This document shows positions 53,469-64,000 of a stretch of DNA of 64,000 nt, piece after piece. The notes below the pieces were generated by a model that worked only from the letters and a program-made list of their open reading frames with translations, did no database searches and was not told the DNA's origin. The stretch's first letter is position 1. Every line of letters starts with the position of its first letter. Source of the stretch: an uncultured Chthonomonadaceae bacterium (lineage in GTDB: Bacteria > Armatimonadota > Chthonomonadetes > Chthonomonadales > Chthonomonadaceae); the NCBI GenBank assembly GCA_963817895.1, contig CAWFQB010000003.1, positions 672,001-736,000 of the forward strand, given 5' to 3'. The translations under genes were made by a program, and so were the position numbers.

Positions 53469-54731
53469 ATGATAGACGAAGCAATGGAACACGCGGGCGC
53501 GTTGAAGCGGCAACTGGTGCATTTTGGCGAGGCAAAAAGGTTCGCGAGTGATCTGGTGGAAGCGCAATTCCACTATTTTGATTCGCCGGATCCAGTGAGC
53601 AACCCACAGCACGTCAGTTTTCTGGATTATTTCCTGCTTCAATACCGCCTTTCGGACGGCCTGACCGTTGTGGATCACTATGTCAACGACACGCCTTTAT
53701 TGCCGCAAGCGGATAAGGACATTCTGCTCGGCTGGAAAAGCGTGGTGGAGGGCCTGTTCGAGATATTGCGTCATGAGGGCGATATTCTCGTGTTTGACAA
53801 CCTGCTCAACGACGTTGTGTATCGCGTCCGTTCCAACATGGGGCGGGCGTATTTCGACAAAATGCTGCCCGGCCACTATATCCGGGCGCGGATTGTCCCG
53901 ATGGGCGCAGTCTGGATGCTGAGTGGCGCGATCACCATGTATCCGCCGTCCGGCAGAAACGAAGTCTTGCGCGCGTCCGCAGAAGCCGTTGTGAAGCAGC
54001 CATTTTTGCTGTATCGCAACCCTGATAAACGAGAACAGGCGATTAAGTTACAAACAGCGGAAAAGCCGGACTTCGTTGCCTTCTTCGGTTCCAATCTGAT
54101 TGTTGTGCCTGTGAGCGAATTGGCTGAAACCATGAGGGGCTACATGTCGCTTCGCGCGCAGATGGCGGAATTGGAGGCTCTCCCCATGCCGGGTTCCGCG
54201 TTGGGGCAGACAGGGACGCCTTTTCTGCTGCCGCTGCATCCCAATTTGCAGTACGAAAATAGAACATGGGCGAAGGACGTGGAAACGATTGGGATTACCT
54301 TTGATGACATTGAGGGAATGGAGTATCATCCCAACCTTGGCCTTGTCGTGGAAGCGTTCGCCGATCCTGAAAAGGTGAAAGAGGAACCCTATCGAAAAGC
54401 GGTAAGCGATTACGTTCAAAACCCGGATGTGTCTCTGCTTCCAATTCGTATTCTGGCGGGCCGCGACCCGGAACGCGCCACGTGGGTAATACGCAATCTG
54501 CTGCCCCTGCCGGGTTTTGAATGGGGCAGGGACGGCGACAATCTGCTGCGCCAGTACAGACCGGACTACGAGCAAAAGATGCAACCTGGCGCGATCCCCC
54601 TGAGTGAACGCCTGATCGAAGCGCTGCAACTGCCGCTTCCGCCCGCTGCCCCGCCCGCCGGAAAGCAGGTAGGACGCAACGAACCCTGTCCCTGCGGCAG
54701 CGGCAAAAAATACAAACAGTGCTGCGGCTAA
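53469..54731 (+). CDS. SEC-C motif protein
   Basis: C-terminal [19 protein letters not shown]. Confidence 0.85.
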   Translation: MIDEAMEHAGALKRQLVHFGEAKRFASDLVEAQFHYFDSPDPVSNPQHVSFLDYFLLQYRLSDGLTVVDHYVNDTPLLPQADKDILLGWKSVVEGLFEILRHEGDILVFDNLLNDVVYRVRSNMGRAYFDKMLPGHYIRARIVPMGAVWMLSGAITMYPPSGRNEVLRASAEAVVKQPFLLYRNPDKREQAIKLQTAEKPDFVAFFGSNLIVVPVSELAETMRGYMSLRAQMAELEALPMPGSALGQTGTPFLLPLHPNLQYENRTWAKDVETIGITFDDIEGMEYHPNLGLVVEAFADPEKVKEEPYRKAVSDYVQNPDVSLLPIRILAGRDPERATWVIRNLLPLPGFEWGRDGDNLLRQYRPDYEQKMQPGAIPLSERLIEALQLPLPPAAPPAGKQVGRNEPCPCGSGKKYKQCCG

Positions 54732-54796
54732 ACCGCGCCGTTGGAACTGGACGCAGACACAAAGCGCAAGAAGAGCAGAAGGAGAAAGGCAACGAT

Positions 54797-55111
54797 ATGG
54801 CTGACGAGATGAGCAAGCGGGAAGAGATCGAGGAAATTCTGACGGACGCTTATGGCGAGTACGAGCAGATGAGCGCGTGGGAAAACACTTTTTTGGAGCA
54901 GGTAGAAACGCCATTCAAGGCCAATCTGATGGGCAGTCCGGTGGAGGTCCTCGGCTTTCAGGTCGGCGCAAGCGACACGCTGCAATGTGAGGTGAAAGCG
55001 AAAGGCAAACAGCGCTGGATTGCCGTAGAAGATTTGGACGAGGAGGGTCTGCCGGAAGATGCCGCGCATTATCTCGACCTGTATCAATCGTGGCTGGAAG
55101 GCGGCTACTGA
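54797..55111 (+). CDS. Small acidic CcbP-like (calcium-binding family) protein
   Basis: EEILTDAYGEYEQMSAW..FL.....PF.A; C-terminal Y..W. Confidence 0.6.
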   Translation: MADEMSKREEIEEILTDAYGEYEQMSAWENTFLEQVETPFKANLMGSPVEVLGFQVGASDTLQCEVKAKGKQRWIAVEDLDEEGLPEDAAHYLDLYQSWLEGGY

Positions 55112-55166
55112 TCCTCTTGACGAATGCGCCGGAACTTGCTACGCGAAAAAGATGAAGGATGAAATC

Positions 55167-55673
55167 ATGGCAATCATACCTGAGATGCCCTTGACTCCTG
55201 AAAACGCTTATGAACATGCAATGAGAATTATAGAACAGAAATGGCTGGACGCTGGAGTCACACAGGAAGAGATTGATCAAAGCGAAGAATTCACAGATAT
55301 TTTTGATCGTCTGGTAGGATCAGGTTACGCGCGGGAGATTATCTATGCGGCATGGGACGCGGATTATACCGGGTATGATAATCCGGCCCTCGCCTTATAC
55401 CTGCGCCTGCTTGCTATCGCCGAACGCGCCCTGCCCGCCACCGATCCCATGCTGTCACAAATTCTGTTCAGCCTTGCGAAGCAGTATCAGGCAAGCGGCA
55501 ATCCGGCGGCTGCCGAACCGCTCTATGCCCGCGCCCTGACCCTGCGAGAACAAACGTTCGGCATACAACATCCCTTAACCATACAAGCGCGTGAGGCTTA
55601 TACGGCCTTGCTGTGTGCCGCAAATAGATGCGACGAGGCTGATAAACTGCAAACCATGCTCGTGCCTGCCTGA
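55167..55673 (+). CDS. TPR-repeat protein
   Basis: LAKQYQASGNPAAAEPLYARALTLREQTFGIQHP. Confidence 0.8.
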   Translation: MAIIPEMPLTPENAYEHAMRIIEQKWLDAGVTQEEIDQSEEFTDIFDRLVGSGYAREIIYAAWDADYTGYDNPALALYLRLLAIAERALPATDPMLSQILFSLAKQYQASGNPAAAEPLYARALTLREQTFGIQHPLTIQAREAYTALLCAANRCDEADKLQTMLVPA

Positions 55674-55790
55674 CTATGAAAATTTTGCCTTCGTGGAAGG
55701 AAGTCGCTACTTGCAAAGCGAAGATTGTATTGTAGAAATGCAAAACCATCAACACACATCCACGCAGGAACGTCAGAAAGCGACCACACG

Positions 55791-58118
55791 ATGCAACCGG
55801 GCAGCAAACTGGGAAAATACGAAATCTTACAATGGTTAGGTGGTGGCGCGGCAGGCACAGTCTGGCTTGCTAAAGATACGACGCTGAACAAAAATGTTGC
55901 CCTGAAAACCATTGAAACGCACCCAGACAACCGCCAGGAAACGCTGAAAGAAGCGCAAATTCTGGATCGTCTGAATCATCCTGCTCCGCATCCTCACATT
56001 GTTCGCTTCCACACCGCTAGCATTGAACCTCCTTACGTTGTTCTTGATATGGAGTACATCAAAGGACAAACGTTGAGCAGACTGCTGGAAGCGGAAGAGT
56101 CTCTTTCTCTTGAACGCTCCATAGAAATCGCTGCGCATGTTCTTGACGCGCTTGCCTTTGCCCGAACTAAGCACATTTGTCACCGAGATATCAAACCTGC
56201 GAACATTCTTATTGGAACTGATGGTTGCGTAATGCTGACGGATTTCGGTATTGCTGACCACTTGGACACTAAATCTGTGATGGTTGGAGGCGGATCCCCG
56301 GCCTACATGGCGCCTGAAGTATTTGCGCCAACCCCGCAGATGGATTATCAGTCGGATGTTTGGTCAGTTGGAGTTGTGCTGTATGAGATGTTAAGCGGAC
56401 AGCGACCCTTCAAACCATCAAAAGGCACACCTGAATGTACAACACAGGCACGTTGGCAGGAGGCAATTACGACACAAACCCCAAGGCCGATTACGACATT
56501 CGTGCTGGACGCCCCGCCTGCTCTGCAAATCGTGCTGAACCGCGCTCTGGCTGTCAAGAAGAGTGAGCGATTTCCAAGTGCGCAGGAGTTCTATGACACG
56601 CTCGTTCGAACTCGTCTTTACAATCCGCCTCTGACAAAAGAGGAGATGGAACGCGAACGGCATTTCCGTCAAGTGTTTGCGTCCATCGAGAAATGGATGG
56701 ATAATGCCGTACAACCAGTGCAGGTAATAGGCTTTAAGGATGTCGTTCGTGAGTACGCGAGGCAAAATCCGGCTTGGTCTGATACAGATGAGCTGCTGCG
56801 ACTTGCGAACATACGCAACCGCTTCTCTCACGAACTTACGCAGGAGAATGAGCGTCGCCTATTGCCCACACTTGCCGATATTGCTTTGATTGAGCGTATC
56901 AATACGGCTCTTGTTTCAACCTTGCCGGAACGCTCCCCGTCCACGACAACTACGGTCAACCCCATTACCACCTGCAAGCCAAAACCGCTAGAAGTGAAAG
57001 CGAACCTTGTCAATGAGTCTGCACAGCAGCCTGTCGCCTCCGCCGCAACACTGCCAGTTCAACCGGTGAACAACGATAACAGCGAGCCAGAGATAGCGAA
57101 AGTTGACCATGTGGCTGTTTCAGTACAAATAGCCGCTGAACAATCCAGCAGGAGCAAGCAAACATCTCAACGACAGGCGAAATCACCAGAAAGAGTAGAA
57201 CAGACTGCCAAGCCACAGCCCGTTCGTGACCGCAAACCGTTGAGCCAACCGAAGGCTGTACGGACGAGATTACGACGCTTCCTGTTCAGTACGTCCATTC
57301 TCTGTACCTTCTGCGCACTTGTCTGGTTTACAATGTCTATGGTTGCATCAAAGCAGCGACAACATCGGTTCGACCAGATTCTTGCAGATGCGGTCAAACG
57401 CAATGATGTTAACGGTGTGCGAGATGCGCTTCATCAGGGAGCCAACCCCAATGGTCTTGATAAAGAGGGCCAGTCCATCTTCGGAATCTCACAAGAAAGT
57501 TACGACATAAGTGTTGATCAGGCAAACTCTACTATGGAGGCCGCGGGAGATACAAAAAGATATGAGTATTATAATTCTGCAATCATGCAAGCTATGCTTG
57601 ATGCACGAGCCGATGTCAGCAAATCCACCTTCGACGGAACACTCCCGTTTATAACCTCAGTACGTTTCGAATCTCCGGGAACAGTTCAATGCTTTCTGAA
57701 TCATGGTTGTAGGATCAATTCAAGGGGCAATACTTCTTTCGTAAACTCCGATGTAGACAAAGGGGAAATGATTTCCGGGCTAACTGCAGTACATGCGGCG
57801 ACTGTACGCAAGGATACTGCCGTTCTCAAACTACTGCTTGAAAATAACGTATATATCAATGTTCAGAATAAATTAGATAAAAATTATATAAAATTCCATT
57901 GTGGGTATAATGTTGAATACCAGAAGTTGCCAGATGGAGTGACCGCGCTTATGCTAGCTGCCGGGAACAAAAGAAACACCGCCCTGAAAATGTTGCTTGG
58001 ATATGGCGCGGATACTAACCTCGTGGACAACAAAGGCCGAACTGCACTGACTTATGCCAAACTGGCCCATAACGACATTGGGGTTCAATTGCTAAAAAAC
58101 GCGGGAGCAAGACTGTGA
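55791..58118 (+). CDS. Ser/Thr kinase - HEPN-like - TM - ankyrin repeat protein
   Basis: LGGGAAGTV, VALK, HRDIKPANIL, TDFG, GSPAYMAPE; RNRFSH; TM FLFSTSILCTFCALVWFTM; ankyrin repeats GLTAVHAA, GVTALMLAA, GRTALTYA. Confidence 0.9.
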   Translation: MQPGSKLGKYEILQWLGGGAAGTVWLAKDTTLNKNVALKTIETHPDNRQETLKEAQILDRLNHPAPHPHIVRFHTASIEPPYVVLDMEYIKGQTLSRLLEAEESLSLERSIEIAAHVLDALAFARTKHICHRDIKPANILIGTDGCVMLTDFGIADHLDTKSVMVGGGSPAYMAPEVFAPTPQMDYQSDVWSVGVVLYEMLSGQRPFKPSKGTPECTTQARWQEAITTQTPRPITTFVLDAPPALQIVLNRALAVKKSERFPSAQEFYDTLVRTRLYNPPLTKEEMERERHFRQVFASIEKWMDNAVQPVQVIGFKDVVREYARQNPAWSDTDELLRLANIRNRFSHELTQENERRLLPTLADIALIERINTALVSTLPERSPSTTTTVNPITTCKPKPLEVKANLVNESAQQPVASAATLPVQPVNNDNSEPEIAKVDHVAVSVQIAAEQSSRSKQTSQRQAKSPERVEQTAKPQPVRDRKPLSQPKAVRTRLRRFLFSTSILCTFCALVWFTMSMVASKQRQHRFDQILADAVKRNDVNGVRDALHQGANPNGLDKEGQSIFGISQESYDISVDQANSTMEAAGDTKRYEYYNSAIMQAMLDARADVSKSTFDGTLPFITSVRFESPGTVQCFLNHGCRINSRGNTSFVNSDVDKGEMISGLTAVHAATVRKDTAVLKLLLENNVYINVQNKLDKNYIKFHCGYNVEYQKLPDGVTALMLAAGNKRNTALKMLLGYGADTNLVDNKGRTALTYAKLAHNDIGVQLLKNAGARL

Positions 58119-58432
58119 TTTCCGGTTCATCCGAAATGGAACCAACCATATCAACCATACAGGCAACGCTTCTTGATTTGTTGCCGAGTAATCCGTCTGC
58201 ATTGTTGTACGAGAAGCAGGCGCGCTACAAAGGTGGAAGCCGCTTGTTTACGCAGAAGGTAAATGTACCGGATGAAAGTTTGTTTCAGCGTCTATGCCAT
58301 GAAGCGAGCAAAGGCAGCGAGATCAAAATAACTGTCACAACGGAATGGCGCGAAGATCATAGTGTCGCTTACGTTTCAGATGCCGAACTACTGCAAACGG
58401 CTACTTGCGAAGCCCTTGTAAGCGCGGCGTAA
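58115..58432 (+). CDS. Small hypothetical protein overlapping the kinase stop
   Basis: GTGA overlap, 105-aa ORF. Confidence 0.55.
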   Translation: MISGSSEMEPTISTIQATLLDLLPSNPSALLYEKQARYKGGSRLFTQKVNVPDESLFQRLCHEASKGSEIKITVTTEWREDHSVAYVSDAELLQTATCEALVSAA

Positions 58433-58464
58433 GCAGGGAAGCAAACACCTGTCGGCAGATTTGT

Positions 58465-58800
58465 TCAGGTGACGGCAAATTCGGTGAACTTGCGTTTTGC
58501 GGGGTGATGAAATCCTAAGACGATCTGTTCCTGTGGGATGCCGGCTTCCAGCAGTTCATCTACAATCCCGTTTTTTGTGCCGTCGTGCTGCACCCATAGT
58601 TTGTTGTCCCGAAAGTCAATATGGATTACGCTGCCGTGTACGCGCCGCACTCCGTCCCAACCGGTGTAGAACAGGATGTAGTGACCATGTTCGTCATCGA
58701 ACACGGTTTCCGCAGTAACATTGGCATAGGCGGGAATGAAGTCCGCATATTCTTGAATGATGCGCTTCACAACCGCGCGATAATTTTCTACTCGATCCAT
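58465..58800 (-). CDS. xisI: XisI-family protein
   Basis: FDDEHGHY...GW...RVHG..IHID....KLWVQHDGT, GIP..QIVLGF. Confidence 0.92.
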   Translation of the reverse strand: MDRVENYRAVVKRIIQEYADFIPAYANVTAETVFDDEHGHYILFYTGWDGVRRVHGSVIHIDFRDNKLWVQHDGTKNGIVDELLEAGIPQEQIVLGFHHPAKRKFTEFAVT

Positions 58801-59204
58801 CTTACGATGTTCTCTCCTTCGGCATCAAACAGCAGCAAGCGAATCATTGTTGCGGCAACCAGATCGCGCGCATCCGCCGTATTGAAAACGGCCTCGTAAG
58901 TGTCGGCGGAAACGCATAGAAACAGGGTACGTTCCGGCTCCTTGCGCTGAATAAGAAAGCGGTACAGCGTGAATTGACCGAGCGCGCGTTCCAAATCCGT
59001 CATAGGAGATTTGCCGAGAAAACTTTTGATCTCGACAGCAATTTTGCGCCCCTCCTTCTCGGCCCCGATAGGCGCTTCTGCTCCCAAATCAACGTACAGG
59101 TCTTCCTCGCCGAATTTAAGTGGATAGGGGTCATGCGTAATTACCCACCCCTCGGCTTCCAGCGCTTGTCGGACGATAGCATGGTAGGTATCTTTACGCG
59201 GCAA
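58788..59204 (-). CDS. xisH: XisH-family PD-(D/E)XK protein
   Basis: KD.YH..V..AL..EGW.ITHDP, VDLGAE, IAVEIKSF, ALGQF..Y. Confidence 0.92.
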   Translation of the reverse strand: MPRKDTYHAIVRQALEAEGWVITHDPYPLKFGEEDLYVDLGAEAPIGAEKEGRKIAVEIKSFLGKSPMTDLERALGQFTLYRFLIQRKEPERTLFLCVSADTYEAVFNTADARDLVAATMIRLLLFDAEGENIVRWIE

Positions 59205-59271
59205 CGTCTTCGCTCCTTATGGCGTTATTATATACCATACGCCTGATTACAGCAAGAGGTAAGAAACGAAC

Positions 59272-59308
59272 AACGCCCCGCTTTCCAAAATATGGAAAGC
59301 GGGGCGTT
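59272..59308 (-). terminator. Intrinsic terminator of groESL
   Basis: AACGCCCCGCTTTCCA-aaata-TGGAAAGCGGGGCGTT. Confidence 0.8.
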
Positions 59309-59340
59309 TAGTTTTGGACAAGAAGCGGAAGCAGGATTGA

Positions 59341-59371
59341 CCTACTCCCTACTTCCCACTCCCTACTGCCT
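59341..59371. repeat. (CCTACTC)n heptamer array after the groEL stop
   Basis: CCTACTCCCTACTTCCCACTCCCTACTGCCT; same unit as 14047-14080. Confidence 0.8.
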
Positions 59372-59375
59372 GTTC

Positions 59376-61124
<1,749 letters not shown>

Positions 61125-61128
<4 letters not shown>

Positions 61129-61415
61129 CCTTCCAAAATCGCAAAAATCTGATCTTCGTCCAAAAGCACGTAGTCGGAACCGTCCATTTTAACGTCCGTG
61201 CCGCCGTACTTGGAATACACTACTTTGTCGCCAACGGTGACGGACAAGGGTTTGATTGTGCCGTCGTCCAGCAAACGCCCGGAGCCTACGGCGATGACCG
61301 TACCCTCCTGCGGTTTCTTTTTAGCGGCGTCGGGCAGAAAAATGCCTCCCGCGCTTTTATCGTCCGCATCACTGGGTTTCACAACAACCTTGTCGCGCAG
61401 TGGTCGCAATGCCAT
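61125..61415 (-). CDS. groES: Co-chaperonin GroES
   Basis: LRPLRDKVVV, GGIFLPD.AK.KPQEG, YSKYGGT. Confidence 0.98.
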
Positions 61416-61463
61416 TCGCGTTCCTCCTGTCAGAATAGCTCGCCGAGCGAGCGCTTGGGATAA

Positions 61464-61490
61464 TTAGCGCTCTACGTGTGCGAGTGCTAA
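61464..61490. promoter_or_regulatory. CIRCE element (HrcA operator)
   Basis: TTAGCGCTC-N9-GAGTGCTAA upstream of groES. Confidence 0.93.
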
Positions 61491-61493
61491 AAA

Positions 61494-61523
61494 AGGATAC
61501 AACATTGCGCAGGGGATTGTCAA
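61494..61523 (-). promoter_or_regulatory. sigma70-type promoter of groESL
   Basis: Minus strand TTGACA-18 nt-TATCCT, immediately upstream of CIRCE. Confidence 0.7.
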
Positions 61524-61656
61524 GTAGCCTGTAAAAATTATCATCCACAATCAGGCCGAACTCCCCGCCCCGAATATTTGTTTCCAAATACAGGAACAAC
61601 GTATAGAATAGCCGAATGATGGGAGCGTGAAGCGTAAGCATGGGCAGGAGGCTGCG

Positions 61657-62427
61657 GTGACGAACGAGGCAAAAACGGCGTTGTTGGTGATGTGCGACAT
61701 CAGCGGCTATACACAGTTCATGGTGTCGCATCGGGAGTCGCTGGCGCACGGGCAAATTATCATTACGCAACTGATACAAACGCTGCTGCGCGAAGCCAAA
61801 ATGCCGCTTGTCGTCGCCAAACTGGAAGGGGACGCGATTTTCCTGTACTGCGTCCTTGCGCCCGATATGCCCGCGCTTCAGGTTCGCGATGTGCTGGCAA
61901 AGATGAGCGGTTTCTTCGTCGCGTTCGACGCCAAGTTGTTGGAACTGGCGCAATCCAATATCTGCCCCTGCGAAGCGTGTCGCCATACGGAAGCCCTCCG
62001 CCTGAAAATTCTGCTGCATGTCGGAACCGCGCTGATGCACCGCATCGGGCGCTTCACCGAACTGGCGGGAACCGACGTGATTTTAATTCATCGCCTGCTG
62101 AAGAACTCTCTGGAAGCGAAGCAGTACCTGCTGCTGACCGAAACCGCCCGGAATGTGGCCGGACTGGAAGCCGCGCCCTGCGATTATGAGGGCGTGGAGG
62201 AGTACGACGCGCTGGGCGAAGTCAATATTTATGCGTACTTCCCACCCCTGAATTTCGCGCCACAAATGCAGCCACTCCCAAAGCGCAATTACGCCACGCT
62301 ATGGTATAAAACAAAGAACATCCTCCTGAAAATACTGTATACGCGGCTGACATTTTTGCATTTGAAACGCCGTCCCTTCTTCCGCAATCTGGCTTCGAAA
62401 GAAACGCGCAGCCAAACGAATTCCTAA
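61657..62427 (+). CDS. DUF2652 protein (class III nucleotide cyclase-like)
   Basis: CDISGYTQF, KLEGDAIF, CPCEAC, LKILLHVG, DVILIHRLLKN. Confidence 0.85.
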   Translation: MTNEAKTALLVMCDISGYTQFMVSHRESLAHGQIIITQLIQTLLREAKMPLVVAKLEGDAIFLYCVLAPDMPALQVRDVLAKMSGFFVAFDAKLLELAQSNICPCEACRHTEALRLKILLHVGTALMHRIGRFTELAGTDVILIHRLLKNSLEAKQYLLLTETARNVAGLEAAPCDYEGVEEYDALGEVNIYAYFPPLNFAPQMQPLPKRNYATLWYKTKNILLKILYTRLTFLHLKRRPFFRNLASKETRSQTNS

Positions 62428-62527
62428 ATGTATGTTGCTTCTAGTAGTCGGTCCGTCAAAAACCATTTTTCGGCTCAACAGGCAGGTACAATAGAGATAG
62501 TCTTTGCAGTAGAATTAGGAGGCTTCA

Positions 62528-62785
62528 ATGACGCAAATCGCTATCAAACAGGCGGAAACGCAACTGACTCAGCTGGTACAGGCGGCTCGGCGTGGTGAAG
62601 ATATTGTTCTCATGGAGAACGATACACCGGTAGCCCGTCTGGTATCTATTGCCGAACCCGAATCCAAGCCCAAACCGCGCCCGCAGTTTGGCAGCGGCAA
62701 GGGATTGATTCTCTACATGGCTCCTGACTTCGATGCCCCAATTGGAGAATGTGCCGTTGCGCCCACTTCCTGTGAAGCGGAATGA
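62528..62785 (+). CDS. Phd/YefM-family antitoxin
   Basis: IKQAETQLTQLVQAARRGEDIVL....PVARLV; FGSGKG...MAPDFDAP. Confidence 0.85.
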   Translation: MTQIAIKQAETQLTQLVQAARRGEDIVLMENDTPVARLVSIAEPESKPKPRPQFGSGKGLILYMAPDFDAPIGECAVAPTSCEAE

Positions 62786-63102
62786 GCTATACTGAGCAAA
62801 GGTTATGTGAAATGAACATAGATATAAAGTCAATTGTTGAGCAATGCTCAATGCTCCGTTTGCAAATCAACAAAGGTGAGCGACACCGAATAATGCGTAA
62901 TGGCGTGAGGCGAGGAAGCCTTTGGGTGACGCCTGGAACCAACTGCTACTGTGTTTGCGTCACTGGTGAAACTGAGGCAATTTTGTACGATTTTCTACGC
63001 AGCGATTTCGGGGCTGAAACTGGCGAAGATCAAGGAAAGAAGTATTGGAATGTCATCAGCATCAAGGATGTTGATAAAATCATTCGGCAATTCGACAAAT
63101 AG
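62782..63102 (+). CDS. AT-richer hypothetical protein coupled to the antitoxin
   Basis: ATGA overlap, 106 aa, no PIN motif. Confidence 0.5.
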   Translation: MSYTEQRLCEMNIDIKSIVEQCSMLRLQINKGERHRIMRNGVRRGSLWVTPGTNCYCVCVTGETEAILYDFLRSDFGAETGEDQGKKYWNVISIKDVDKIIRQFDK

Positions 63103-63264
63103 ACGCGCAGTAACTATGCGCGACGGTCCCAATATACGATAAAGGAGAACACGGTTCTTTGCATCCCGGTTTTGGCAATAATGGTTTGTGCTGTCAGAGC
63201 AATGAGCGTGAAGGCGCGGCAGTGTGTGTTATACTATTCAGCATACACGCAGGAGGTACAAACA

Positions 63265-63561
63265 ATGAATGAGACGGCGTATCGGACATGGCAGGCGCTG
63301 CATGACCGATGGGCGCAGGGCGAAGCGCTGACCCCGGAAGAGCAAGAAGTGTATGAGGCGGGTTGCGCCGAACTGGACGCCGAAGAGGTTTTGCCAGGAA
63401 GCCTAAAGAACTTACAGGCTATTCATGCCAAAGCGAAGGAGTTGGACGCGCAGATTGCCCGCGCGCAGTCAGAATCCGTCGCGCTGCGGACGCAAATCGC
63501 GGAAACAGAAACCCGTTTAAGTGAAGCGACCCGCCGCAGGCTAGGCCTTTCCACCCACTGA
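63265..63561 (+). CDS. Small helical/coiled-coil protein coupled to an HNH nuclease
   Basis: AGGAGG SD; TGATG overlap with the HNH gene. Confidence 0.75.
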   Translation: MNETAYRTWQALHDRWAQGEALTPEEQEVYEAGCAELDAEEVLPGSLKNLQAIHAKAKELDAQIARAQSESVALRTQIAETETRLSEATRRRLGLSTH

Positions 63562-64000
63562 TGGCCCACCCAAAACATGAACAAGTACGGCAACGCTACA
63601 ATTTTTGCTGCGGCTATTGCGGCGTGTCTGAGACAAGCAGCGGCGGTGAACTGACGATTGACCATTTCGGCCCTGTGTCCAAAAACGGCGACGATAGTGA
63701 CGCTAATCTTGTCTATGCCTGTAGCCGATGCAATCTGTTCAAGAGCGACTTCTTTCCTGACCCGGCAACTTCCGCGCCGGAACACCGCCTGCTGCATCCA
63801 CTTTTGGACAATACGGAATTGCATTTTCGGGAGGATGATTATGGACGCCTTCAGTCTTTGAGCGTCACCGGTTTATTCCACATCCGAAAACTGCGATTGA
63901 ACCGGCCTCAACTCGTGGATTACAGACTGATGAAGCAGGAAGAACGGCTATGGCAGGAGCGTATTCAGCATCTTGAGCGAATGCTCGGCGATGTAAATGT
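63561..64000 (+). CDS. HNH endonuclease (runs off window end)
   Basis: Manual translation: MAHPKHEQVRQRYNFCCGYCG...TIDHFGPVSKNG.D...NLVYACSRCNLFK...LLHP...LRLNRPQL. Confidence 0.9.
   Translation, partial: MAHPKHEQVRQRYNFCCGYCGVSETSSGGELTIDHFGPVSKNGDDSDANLVYACSRCNLFKSDFFPDPATSAPEHRLLHPLLDNTELHFREDDYGRLQSLSVTGLFHIRKLRLNRPQLVDYRLMKQEERLWQERIQHLERMLGDVN

Overview
GC-rich bacterial chromosomal window. The gene repertoire (PEP-CTERM protein, ECF/anti-sigma cassettes, XisH/XisI, small-type PurL, CIRCE) suggests an Armatimonadota-like organism; this is inference only. Housekeeping genes: ftsK, prfB (canonical programmed +1 frameshift), hisB/hisH/hisA, purL/purF/purM, gyrA (with a 446-aa LAGLIDADG intein) and groES/groEL. 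Interleaved accessory genes: two helical-protein+HNH pairs, an Rpn nuclease, a disrupted type IIG/ISP-like R-M gene, FRG, SEC-C, TPR, XisHI, orphan antitoxins and a large glycoside hydrolase. Many genes, including conserved ones, are split by single-base indels, most likely long-read errors. Strongest candidates for new biology: (1) a Ser/Thr kinase - HEPN(RNRFSH) - TM - ankyrin protein, the same module set as IRE1/RNase L; (2) an ECF sigma region-4 HTH domain inserted in-frame in the PurL linker; (3) a family of hairpins built from inverted arrays of about 7-8-nt tandem repeats, with many different unit sequences but one polarity, found in 5' UTRs, operon junctions and ORFs; (4) a GyrA intein away from the mycobacterial site; (5) a eukaryote-type UDP-galactopyranose mutase; (6) an HtrA-like protein lacking two catalytic residues. 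No rRNA, tRNA or CRISPR array was seen.
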